Source of the DNA: a bacterium | GTDB lineage: Bacteria; AUK180 | Direction: 5' to 3' | DNA: 64,000 bases | Assembly: GCA_023144005.1 (NCBI GenBank) | Contig: JAGLGN010000020.1 | Location: forward strand, 10,941-74,940 | Shown: in pieces, positions 19,806 through 29,300 of the stretch | Numbering within the stretch: the stretch's first letter is position 1 | Layout: each line of letters begins with the position of its first letter | The notes under the pieces: generated by a model | Database searches by the model: none | Seen by the model: only the letters and a program-made list of their open reading frames with translations | What the model was told of the DNA's origin: nothing | Program-made: the position numbers and the translations under genes

Positions 19806-19909
19806 ACAAGCGCACAAGGCACAAGTGTGTAAGGGAAAAGGAAACACATCCGTAACCGGAAAATTGTTTAGGATAAGAATCTCTTTGTGTTCTATCTTTT
19901 AATTGTCAA
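19806..19909. repeat. second copy of the 104 bp repeat, embedded in CACAAGG/TTGTCAA/CTTGTGC-type heptamer runs
   Basis: aligns with the reverse complement of 11869-11972. Confidence 0.9.
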
Positions 19910-19999
19910 TTGTCCATTGTCAATTATGTTTAGTCCCTTGTCCCTTGAGCCTTGAAACTTGTCCCCTGTCCACTTGTGCCTTGTACCTTGTGCCTTGTC

Positions 20000-21181
20000 T
20001 TACTGTCCATTCTTTGGAATGAAACTATAAGAATTGAATTTCTTATCGACGATCAATCCCTCTTTAGGGATTTCTTTATGCAGGTCATGAGGATAGACAA
20101 CGATATCGTAATCGTCGTATTTGAGTTTTGAAGCCTTCCACATTGAAAAATACGAGTCAAACTGGTTCAGAGCAGCCGGATCACCCCAGTGAATTATCTT
20201 ATTGCCCTGAATTAACACTATCCCAAAAGGCAGCGTCTTTTTCCAAATTCCGTACCCATCACTTACATCTTCATCATCAGAAACGAAGTAGATCGCCTCC
20301 TTGGCAAGGAGGGATAGGTAATACTTAAAGGAATTTCGTTCAGTTCTCGATAGCTTAATAAATTCATTGGTCAGATTCTCGACCGGCTGTGCTTTTTTAA
20401 CAAGCGCGGTGAGAGAATGTATATTTTTCTTATAATCCGCTTTGATCGCATCCAATCCGGTAAATGTAAGAAAACGAACGGGCAAGAGCGGTTTCCCGAC
20501 TAGTCTATCTCCACGCTTTACAAATCTGCATAGCATCTCGAGTCCTCTTGTGAGAAGCGGTATAATAATAGTTCCACCATCCTGTAATTGATCAAACCAT
20601 GGAATGTCAGGAGTAGCACAGGTAACGATTATCGCTTTGTAGGGGGCATAAGGCGAAAATCCCATTCCACCGTCCCCGGTAATAACTGCGATCTCTTTGC
20701 CTGCCCTTTCAAGGTTCTTTTTAGCTATTTCCGCTACTTCACTCTCAATCTCAATGCTCGCGATATTCCCTTCCCCTACGATCTCGGAGATGATCGCCGA
20801 ATTGTATCCGCTTCCGGTACCGATCTCAAGAACATGATCACCTTCTGCGATATCTGCAATATCTATCATGTAGAGGATCAAACATGGCTGAGAACAGGTT
20901 GTCAATAGTTTATTGTCCCTGATCGCGACGACGAGTGCTGAATCAGTGTAGATCGCCTTTAACATTTCCTCATCCGGTGCACTGTAGTTCAACTTAGAGG
21001 AAAACCATTTACCCGTTCCTTCATCATAACTCCATCGGAAAGGAATGAAATCCGCTCTGAATACTCTTGAATACGCCGTTATGGTCGCAGGTTTCAACGC
21101 CTTGTGGCAGATCTCCTGCACTTTCTCTTCTATTTTTACTAATAATTCCTTTTGATAACTCTCGATCATCATCTTAGACAT
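20000..21181 (-). CDS. protein-L-isoaspartate O-methyltransferase-like protein with a C-terminal extension
   Basis: TCSQP, VLEIGTGSGYNSAII, GDGGMGF..APYKAIIVT, QLQDGGTIIIP, VRF motifs; 393 aa versus ~210 aa for canonical Pcm. Confidence 0.85.
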   Translation of the reverse strand: MSKMMIESYQKELLVKIEEKVQEICHKALKPATITAYSRVFRADFIPFRWSYDEGTGKWFSSKLNYSAPDEEMLKAIYTDSALVVAIRDNKLLTTCSQPCLILYMIDIADIAEGDHVLEIGTGSGYNSAIISEIVGEGNIASIEIESEVAEIAKKNLERAGKEIAVITGDGGMGFSPYAPYKAIIVTCATPDIPWFDQLQDGGTIIIPLLTRGLEMLCRFVKRGDRLVGKPLLPVRFLTFTGLDAIKADYKKNIHSLTALVKKAQPVENLTNEFIKLSRTERNSFKYYLSLLAKEAIYFVSDDEDVSDGYGIWKKTLPFGIVLIQGNKIIHWGDPAALNQFDSYFSMWKASKLKYDDYDIVVYPHDLHKEIPKEGLIVDKKFNSYSFIPKNGQ

Positions 21182-21312
21182 ATCTTATCCTTCTTGTATC
21201 AAACATGCTTTCTCCTGTCTCTTCTGTACAGGTATTCCGTTTTTCAATGAACTTGGAAATACCGTGATTTGAAAAGACAGCATCGGTATGAGAAAACCTT
21301 CTTTATAGCAGT

Positions 21313-21341
21313 ATGGTACCACACAAAACAAATATTTTCAA
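21313..21341 (-). promoter_or_regulatory. sigma70 promoter of the PIMT-like gene
   Basis: TTGAAA-17 nt-TACCAT with TGG extended -10; a TTGAC-N4-GTCAA palindrome lies just upstream at 21346-21359. Confidence 0.55.
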
Positions 21342-21437
21342 TTCCTTGACAGTGGTCAAACAGTTGTTTAAATGTTTTATTATTACTTCCATCCCCAATT
21401 TATCACATAAAGGATATTGACCAGGTACCTCATATTA

Positions 21438-22346
21438 CTAATTCCTGAATCTTTTGATCTTGTAGCCCTTGGTCGCTAGCATTTTAAGCAGACCGTCATC
21501 TCCCATAATATGACCACCGCCAACTATAACAAAGCGGGTTTTATCCTCTTCCAGGTAGCCTTCCATTTTATCCAGCATTGCAAGAGTTCTCGTACCATAG
21601 AGGGTTGCCATCAGATCCTCTACTTCGAATCCTGCTCCTTCTTTCATAAACAGCTTATAAATTCTGTCAACATCGCCGTTATCCCAGCTTTTAAAAAGTT
21701 CCTCAAGATCATCTTCTAATTCATTGATATTTTTATACGAATCCTGAAGAAATGTCATTTGCTCTTCTTTTGAAAGGGAATCCAGCAATTCGAACAGGAA
21801 TTTATAACCTTCCAATACTTCAAGCTCCTTATTATCTCTTTTCGCTTTAAAGTAGAAGTAGGTTTCTATCTCAAAACCGGGGGGATATCCTATGTTTGAG
21901 ATCTTCTTTTCGGTTATCATAATTGCAATAACCCAGGGCTTAAGGGTCTTATGCTGTTCATAATCAAGGCCGATCTCACCCATCTCTTCTTTTAATTGCC
22001 ATAGTTTCTTATATGAAAGTACATCTTGAAGGGTTTTTCCTTTTTCAAACCTTCCGATATAGGAATACCGTCGTATATTTTCGGAATCAATATCCGCTTC
22101 AAGAACAAGGGAATCGGCATCATCATAGGCTTTTATTATACTTTCTGCAAGCGGGTACATTTCTTTTCTGCCAACATGTGTGGAACCCAGCAAATACACC
22201 TTTCCCGTACCCTCAATTTCCCATAATAGAGGCTCATTCCCGAAAGCGCTGCTGCAAAGCAGAAAACCCAATGCAAATACTACACTCTTAATACTCATTT
22301 TCATTTTCAAATCCTTTCCTCTACCCATTATTTTGTTATCCTTCAA
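21438..22346 (-). CDS. TraB/GumN (Tiki-like) family protein
   Basis: LLWEI...YLLGSTH, LKPW, LE, R..M, FVIVGGGHIMG..GLL motifs; signal peptide; likely start 22304. Confidence 0.88.
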   Translation of the reverse strand: MKDNKIMGRGKDLKMKMSIKSVVFALGFLLCSSAFGNEPLLWEIEGTGKVYLLGSTHVGRKEMYPLAESIIKAYDDADSLVLEADIDSENIRRYSYIGRFEKGKTLQDVLSYKKLWQLKEEMGEIGLDYEQHKTLKPWVIAIMITEKKISNIGYPPGFEIETYFYFKAKRDNKELEVLEGYKFLFELLDSLSKEEQMTFLQDSYKNINELEDDLEELFKSWDNGDVDRIYKLFMKEGAGFEVEDLMATLYGTRTLAMLDKMEGYLEEDKTRFVIVGGGHIMGDDGLLKMLATKGYKIKRFRN

Positions 22347-22783
22347 TCCGGAACTTGCGAGTTTTCCAAGGCTCTTTTATATTTCGCTTTACCTGCTAAT
22401 CCCGCGATCATATCAATTACTCCAAAGAGTACGGCTCCCCAGGCGAATACATAAGTTCCGCCCTCCGAGGTGTTCACATAAGTGATCACCGTGACGGCGG
22501 TTCCAAGAACTGCCCAGATGATTCCGGTTATGATCTTTTTAGAGTTTTTCTTCACCATTTCCTTCAAATATTCGGGAGAGCTTTTATACTCTATCAATCG
22601 GCGTTCGGTTTCCTCTACAAATGGAAATGCTTCGCTCTCTTCAATACCGCGTTTCATCAGGAATTTAACTATACTTTTCTTTTTTTTCTTCTTTTCCAGT
22701 CGCTCTACTACTGCAGCAGTTATTGCTTTCCACGCTTCATCATATTTACCGGGATCAGTCGATTTCCCCTGCTTCTCGATCAT
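22343..22783 (-). CDS. hypothetical membrane protein with two C-terminal TM helices
   Basis: GGAGGG SD; GGTYVFAWGAVLFG TM segment; overlaps the next gene. Confidence 0.75.
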   Translation of the reverse strand: MIEKQGKSTDPGKYDEAWKAITAAVVERLEKKKKKKSIVKFLMKRGIEESEAFPFVEETERRLIEYKSSPEYLKEMVKKNSKKIITGIIWAVLGTAVTVITYVNTSEGGTYVFAWGAVLFGVIDMIAGLAGKAKYKRALENSQVPD

Positions 22784-22812
22784 AATATTCCCTCCGTATT
22801 CTATTGTTCACT

Positions 22813-25359
22813 TCACTTATCATTGCTCATTATTGATTTTAATTTAGCAGCAAGGTCCTGGATCTTGTATGGCTTTGGCAGGAACTCCATAAACCCCAGA
22901 TCTTTGTAATTAGAAATAGCGGGGTCATTTGTATACCCGGTAGAGACTATTGCTTTGACATTAGGATCAATCTCCTGAAGGCGCGTCATAGTTTCTTTAC
23001 CGCCCATGCCGTCGGGGATAGTAAGGTCCAGTATCACCCCATCAAACGGTTCTCCGGCAGAAAGGGATTTCTTATATTCCTCAAGTACTCGTTCACCGTT
23101 ACATGTCATCATGGTTTCATACCCCAGGCGTTTCAACAGACGCGCCAGAAGGTCACGGATAGGTTTTTCATCATCCATAATAAGTATTTTACCTGAACCG
23201 ATGGGAAGTGTGAACTCTTCCTGTATCTGATCCGATTCTGAGAGATTTGAAGCAATGGGAATAATTATTCTGAATTCCGTACCTTCTTCGGGAACGGAAT
23301 CGACCGCGATATACCCGCTATGCCGTCTTATGATGGAAAATGAGGTGGCCAAACCAAGGCCGCTGCCTTTTTGCTTGGTGGTAAAAAACGGATCGAATAC
23401 GCTTTTCAGATGTTCTTTTGAAATTCCATGCCCGCTATCTTTTATTGATATCTGAACATACTCCCCGTCTTTCAGAGGATAAAGTGACTGCAATCCGATC
23501 TCGATATTTGAGATCGCTATTTTAAGTTTTCCGCCTCCCGGCATCGCCTGAATCGAGTTAATGATAATATTATTGATCACCTGATTTATCTGCCCGGGAT
23601 CCACTTCAACATGCAGTATGTCATTTGGAATATCATATTGGCATTTTACTTTCGTTCCTCTCAATACAAAATCAGCCGATTCCCTTACAAGAGCGGTGAT
23701 ATCAGAGCTCTCTTTTACAGGAACGCCACCCTTGGAAAAGGTCAAAAGCTGCTGTGTCAGATTACTTGCATTGAGAATCGCATTATTAGCCTCTTGCAGG
23801 ATATCATAAGAATTATTATCTCTTCCGAGATTCATCTCAACCAATTGGAGATTGCCGAAAATAACCGTTAGGAGATTGTTAAAATCGTGGGCAATACCGC
23901 CGGCCAGGATGCCGAGGGACTCCAATTTCTGCACCTTGAGAAGTTCGGCCTGCATCTTTTTCTCATCTGTGATATCGCTCATAGTTCCTATTATTCCAGA
24001 AGGTTTTCCGTCTTTCCCTTTGATCAATGTATTATGCATCTGCGAGGGGAAAGTACTTCCATCCTTTCTCATATGCCACACTTCACCCATGAATTCACCC
24101 GTATCAAATATCTGTTTATTTGCTTTTTGCACCAGAGGTAATTGCTCTTTTGTGTGAAATATACTCAGGTTTTCTCCATATATATCTTCAGGTTCATAGC
24201 CGTGCATATTGGCAAATGCCCGATTGATATAAATGACATCTCCCTTAAGATCCACAAGGCATAGGCCTTCGTGACTCTGATCAACAGTGGTCTTTAAAAG
24301 GCGGAGCGTCTCCTCCGATACTCGAATATCAGTGATATCAAGTGACACCACTATCATTCCAACAATATCCCCTTTCTCATTCTTCAGTGGTACCTTGTCC
24401 GTTTTCCACCATTTCTTCCCGCTTGGAGTGTCTAACTCCCTGATAATGTTCAATTGGGATTTTCCCGTATTAAGGACCTTCATGTCGCTTTCAAATATTT
24501 CTTTCCCATGATTGGGAAATGTGTCAAAGGGCGTTGAACCTATGAGCTCCTCTTCAGTTTTCCCGATATTCCGGCATAGTGCGCGGTTAACTCTGACGAT
24601 CTTGTCCTCGGTATCCTTGTAAGAGATCATCGTGGGTACGGTGTCAAGAATGTTTTGCAGTTCATCCTTCTGTTGTTTTAACTTCTTCTCGAAACTGTTT
24701 CGGCTTTGAAGGGTTTCGAAGAACCTTAATCCATATCCTATTTCCTCTCCGAGAGCGACCAGAAGGGAGAGCTCCTCCTCATGGAATTTCCCTGTAGCTT
24801 CGGAATAAATATTCAGGGCGCCGAATATTTTATTTGCATATCTTATGGGGATCGCTATAGAAGAACGGAAGCCGCAATTACGGGCCTGTTCGCGCCATAT
24901 ATTGTAAGAATCCCCCTTTTCAATATCCGCTTGAACTACCGGCCTGTTTTCCCTGATCGCTGTTCCAGTCGGGCACATCCCGGATTCCGATTCATCCCAT
25001 GTAATCTTGATTGAAGAAAGGTGCTCTGTATCACAACCGAATTGAACCTCGGGTTCAACGTCCATGCACGGAGGCGGCTTTTTCAGGCCAACCCATGCCA
25101 TTTTATAGTCACCCTGCTCTACAAGGAGACGGCAGATCCCCATAAGGAATTTTTTCCTGCCCTCCATGTTAAGAAGTGTTTTCATGGAAAGGCTCATAAC
25201 CTTCCAGCCCCTGTTTAAGCGGGCCAAACGCCTTTTGAGTTCTTCATTTTCTTTGATAAGCTCCGAGTTGCGGATATCGATATTTTTCTGATTTCCCATT
25301 CGTAATTTTAACACTTTTGCAGTTTTCGTACAAATTTGTTGGAAATTACTTGTAAACAC
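22813..25359 (-). CDS. hybrid sensor histidine kinase (GAF-PAS-PAS-HisKA-HATPase-REC)
   Basis: AGGIAHDFNNLL H-box, DSGHGI, FDPFFTTK, GSGLGL, ILIMDDE...LDLTIP receiver; start may be 25299. Confidence 0.93.
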   Translation of the reverse strand: MFTSNFQQICTKTAKVLKLRMGNQKNIDIRNSELIKENEELKRRLARLNRGWKVMSLSMKTLLNMEGRKKFLMGICRLLVEQGDYKMAWVGLKKPPPCMDVEPEVQFGCDTEHLSSIKITWDESESGMCPTGTAIRENRPVVQADIEKGDSYNIWREQARNCGFRSSIAIPIRYANKIFGALNIYSEATGKFHEEELSLLVALGEEIGYGLRFFETLQSRNSFEKKLKQQKDELQNILDTVPTMISYKDTEDKIVRVNRALCRNIGKTEEELIGSTPFDTFPNHGKEIFESDMKVLNTGKSQLNIIRELDTPSGKKWWKTDKVPLKNEKGDIVGMIVVSLDITDIRVSEETLRLLKTTVDQSHEGLCLVDLKGDVIYINRAFANMHGYEPEDIYGENLSIFHTKEQLPLVQKANKQIFDTGEFMGEVWHMRKDGSTFPSQMHNTLIKGKDGKPSGIIGTMSDITDEKKMQAELLKVQKLESLGILAGGIAHDFNNLLTVIFGNLQLVEMNLGRDNNSYDILQEANNAILNASNLTQQLLTFSKGGVPVKESSDITALVRESADFVLRGTKVKCQYDIPNDILHVEVDPGQINQVINNIIINSIQAMPGGGKLKIAISNIEIGLQSLYPLKDGEYVQISIKDSGHGISKEHLKSVFDPFFTTKQKGSGLGLATSFSIIRRHSGYIAVDSVPEEGTEFRIIIPIASNLSESDQIQEEFTLPIGSGKILIMDDEKPIRDLLARLLKRLGYETMMTCNGERVLEEYKKSLSAGEPFDGVILDLTIPDGMGGKETMTRLQEIDPNVKAIVSTGYTNDPAISNYKDLGFMEFLPKPYKIQDLAAKLKSIMSNDK

Positions 25360-25506
25360 TTAAGAATCTTTTTGAATTCTAATTTTTAATTGTCAATTTC
25401 TCTATAATCACTGCGAAGCGTCATTCTTCATTGTATTTTCCCACTTTACACTTCACACTTTCTTTTACACTTGTCCCTTGTACACTTGTGCCTTGTGCCT
25501 TGTGTT

Positions 25507-26196
25507 CTACTTTGCTTTCTCTACAATAGTACTATAGTATTCCAAGCCCCATACATAAGAGTATTCAATGATCTGATTAATGATCTTCTGTGCTTCGCCG
25601 TCCAATTCCTTGCTGAATTTCTCATTCGGTTTAGGGTTTGCATCACTGATCACGACCTGCAAGTAATATGTTTCCATCGATTGCCCCCGTTCATCAAGCG
25701 CTAAACTCGCCGAGCCTTTTCTGAGTCCTTGGAACGGCAAATAGCCTTCAGCCTTAACACCTACGGATATGACTATATTTGTCTTGTCGTCTTTTTTGAA
25801 ATAATACGGCCCAAGAGAGCGTGTATTGCGGATCTTATATCCGTTCTTGCATGCCCATAAATAAAAGCTGCGCTCAATTATCGTAGCTAAATGTTCAACA
25901 TGATCTAGTTTCTTTGCTTTTATTTCGGCAATTTCGATCTTTGCTTCGGCTACTATGGAAGAAAGATTCCATTTCTTTGTTTGATACTTAATTACCAGCG
26001 CCTCGGCTTCCTGCTTGGCTGTACTGTCATGTATGCAGGGGTCTTCAATAAGCGGTACCTTTCCGCCATGCCTAAGCTCGATGTATTCAACATCAGCTTC
26101 CGGTTTGACATTCTCCGCATTCAGATAAACCAAAGTGCTTACAAGTAGTAAGAGCACACTTAATTTCAACGCTGCAAGTAATACGCTTTTCTTCAT
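25507..26196 (-). CDS. exported hypothetical protein
   Basis: AGGAGG SD; N-terminal signal or anchor; 229 aa. Confidence 0.7.
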   Translation of the reverse strand: MKKSVLLAALKLSVLLLLVSTLVYLNAENVKPEADVEYIELRHGGKVPLIEDPCIHDSTAKQEAEALVIKYQTKKWNLSSIVAEAKIEIAEIKAKKLDHVEHLATIIERSFYLWACKNGYKIRNTRSLGPYYFKKDDKTNIVISVGVKAEGYLPFQGLRKGSASLALDERGQSMETYYLQVVISDANPKPNEKFSKELDGEAQKIINQIIEYSYVWGLEYYSTIVEKAK

Positions 26197-26249
26197 AACA
26201 ACCTCCTGTAATTAAAATATAGTTATCTCATTCCTCTTTTTCTCTTCTC

Positions 26250-26346
26250 TAATTCTTCATTTCTTAATTCTTCATTGTTCATTATTCATTGTTCATTGTT
26301 CACTGTATTTTCCCACTTTACACTTCACACTTCACACCTCACACTT
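26250..26346. repeat. degenerate heptamer tandem repeats (TTCATTG, CTTCACA)
   Basis: gttcatt attcatt gttcatt gttcact ... cacttca cacttca cacctca. Confidence 0.8.
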
Positions 26347-26360
26347 TCTTCTGCACCTGT

Positions 26361-29300
26361 CTACTTGAGTATAACACACTTACCCTGGATCTGCTCGCCT
26401 GCTTCGTCGGTAATAATGTATATATATACCCCTGAAACGACCTTTTTTCCTCTGCGTGTCCTAAGGTCCCAGGTGTGATCGATCAATTCCGGCTGCATTT
26501 TAATTACAAATTCTCCTGAAATACTGTATATCGCAATACTTGAATTCTCAGTGAGATTGGCAAATGTGATATGTTCAATACCCATATTGCTGCTCCACGG
26601 AACGGGATAAACCACGACATCGCCAAGGCCTTGAGCATAATTGTTCACCGCATCAAAATCCTGTACCTGGCTTATCGTCAGGTCAATGAACTGAGCCGTC
26701 TCCGGAGTATATTTATAAAGCCCTACTTCAGGAGTAACCGTATATGTCGCGCCTGCATCAAGGTCCGTAAACAAGTAATATCCTGAAATATCAGTATAAA
26801 CTTCCGTTGTGGAAGCACCCGTAAGAACAACCTTGATATCCGCCAAAGGAGTTATCCCTGACATAATATTTCCGCTTATCGACCATGAATTCAATGTTCC
26901 GGTGAAGTCCACATCAGAAACATTCGCACTCAAAACAGTACAATTGGTATTTGCGGGGCTGAATTCATAATGCGTATGCGAAGGCGTGACCGTATAATCT
27001 TTGCCCGCATCAAGACCGGCAAAGGAATAATTACCGCTGCCGTCAGTCGTCGTTGATGCTGTCGCATAACCGCTCAGATCCACGGTAGCACCGCTTATCG
27101 GATTTGTGCCGTCGGTGATGTTCCCTGAGATATCCCATGTATTCAGAGTTCCCGTAAAATCAGAGCTCGAGATATCCGAGCTGATATTATTATACGAATT
27201 GCTGGGAGCCGCAAAGGTGTAATGCGTCATTGACGGTGTAACCGCAAAGTCCTCACCCGCATTCAAACCGGCAAAGGAATAGTTCCCACTGCCGTCTGTC
27301 GTAGTTGTAGCAGAGGCATAGCCGCTCAGATCGACCGTAACACCGCTTATCGGGTTCGCGCCATCTGTTATCGTGCCTGAAATGGTCCATGTATTCAATA
27401 TGGCAGTGAAATCAGTTGAGGTTTCATCCGCGCTCAAATCTGTATGCTCTGTACTTGTAGGAGCAAAGGAATAATGCGTGAGTGATGGAGTAACGGTATA
27501 ATCTCCGCCAGCGTCAAGGCCGGCAAAGGAATAATTGCCGCTGCCGTCGGTAACAGCAAAGGTAGTCGCTGAGCCGGTGAGATCCACGGTGACACCAGAA
27601 AGCGGGGTAGCCCCATTAGTAATGGTGCCCGAGATATCCCAGGTTTTCAATGTACCGGTAAAATCATTTCCGGTATCATTCGCGCTGAGATCCAGGATCG
27701 AAATATTCACGGGAGCAAATATATAATGCGTATGAGATGGTGTCATGGTATAATCACCACCTGCGTCAAGATCGGCAAAGGAATAATTACCGCTGCCGTC
27801 AGTAACAGTCGTGGCGGTAGCCGAGCCAGAAAGGTCGACTGTAACGCCGCTTATCGGGTTAGTGCCGTCGGTGATCGTCCCAGAAATGTCCCATGTATCG
27901 ATCGTCCCTGTGAAATCGGTATTGTTGCGATCGCCTCCCAAATTAAAATGGGTGGTCCCTGAAGGTACGAACATGTAGTGTGTGTATGACGGTGTAACCG
28001 TATATGTCGCTCCCGCGTCAAGCCCGGCAAAGGAATAATTACCGCTGCCGTCGGTCGTAGTTGATGCTGACACATAACCGCTCAGATCGACCGTAACTCC
28101 GCTTAACGGATCAGTGCCGTCTGTGATCGTGCCTGATACATCCCATGTATTAAGAGTTCCAGTGAAATCGGTCGCGGTTTCATCCGCGCTAAGATCGGTA
28201 TATGTGGTACTTATAGGAGCGAATGTATAATGCGTGAGTGACGGCGTGACCGTATAATCACCGCCCGCATCAAGCCCGGCAAAGGAATAATTACCGCTGC
28301 CGTCAGTTGTCGTTGTAGCAGTTGCCGAACCCGAAAGATCGACAGTAACTCCGCTTAACGGATTAGCGCCGTCCGTGATCGTTCCCGAGATATCCCATGT
28401 ATTAAGGGTTCCTGTAAAATCAACTGATGTCTGATCGCTGTCCAATGAAGCGATATCCGTAAATGACGGTGAGAACGAATAATGTGTAAATGATGGGGTG
28501 ACAGTATAGCTTTCACCATGAGGGACATCCGCGAACGAATAATTTCCGCTGCCATCAGTAACGGTGGAAGCCGAACTGTATCCGCTCAGATCAACCGTAA
28601 CTCCAGCCATCGGAACTGCACCATCGGTTATCGTGCCCGAGATGGTGTGCGGAAGAGATTTTGTGATTACATCAAGCTCATCCGAAGCATCCCTTGAAAG
28701 AGGGATGCAATTCTTGGCTACGACCAAGTAAAAATATCCTGTCGCGGGTGTCAAGCCAGAGTCAGCAAATGTCAAAGCATTGGTATCCGAAGCGAGCAGA
28801 GTCGCAGTAATAGTATCCACCGGCGTCGTGCCGCTTCTGTAAAGATCGTATATAACCTCTTCTATCGTCTGCTGGGCATCTGTTGCCGCATCCCAGACAA
28901 TAGTTATCGCATTGTAAGTAACAACAGTCGAATCTATATTAGAAATACCTGAAACAGCCCAGTCTGGTGCGGTTGTATCCGCAGGATCACATGCAGGCAA
29001 AGTTGCAATCGCTAGCTCGTCCGATGCCTCCCTTTCAAGCGGCACACAATTGCGTACGACAACTTTATAATAATATGTCGTCTCCATTGTCAGTCCCGTA
29101 TCCAGATATGTATTTGCTTCAGTATCTTCAACTATCGGTGTCAATGAACTTGTGTCAGAAATTGTAACGGTATCTCTGTACAGATCATAGGTAAGAGGCA
29201 ATGTGTCGTTCTCAAGATCAGAGGCCGCATCCCATTCCAAGTCAATAGATGTGTGGGATATTGCCGTTGAACAGATATTCGAGACCCCTGAAACTGTCCA

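Noticed and set aside
26640..28650. Regularly spaced repeats as a CRISPR array
   Set aside because: The 252 bp units are in-frame protein repeats with no unique spacers and no cas genes
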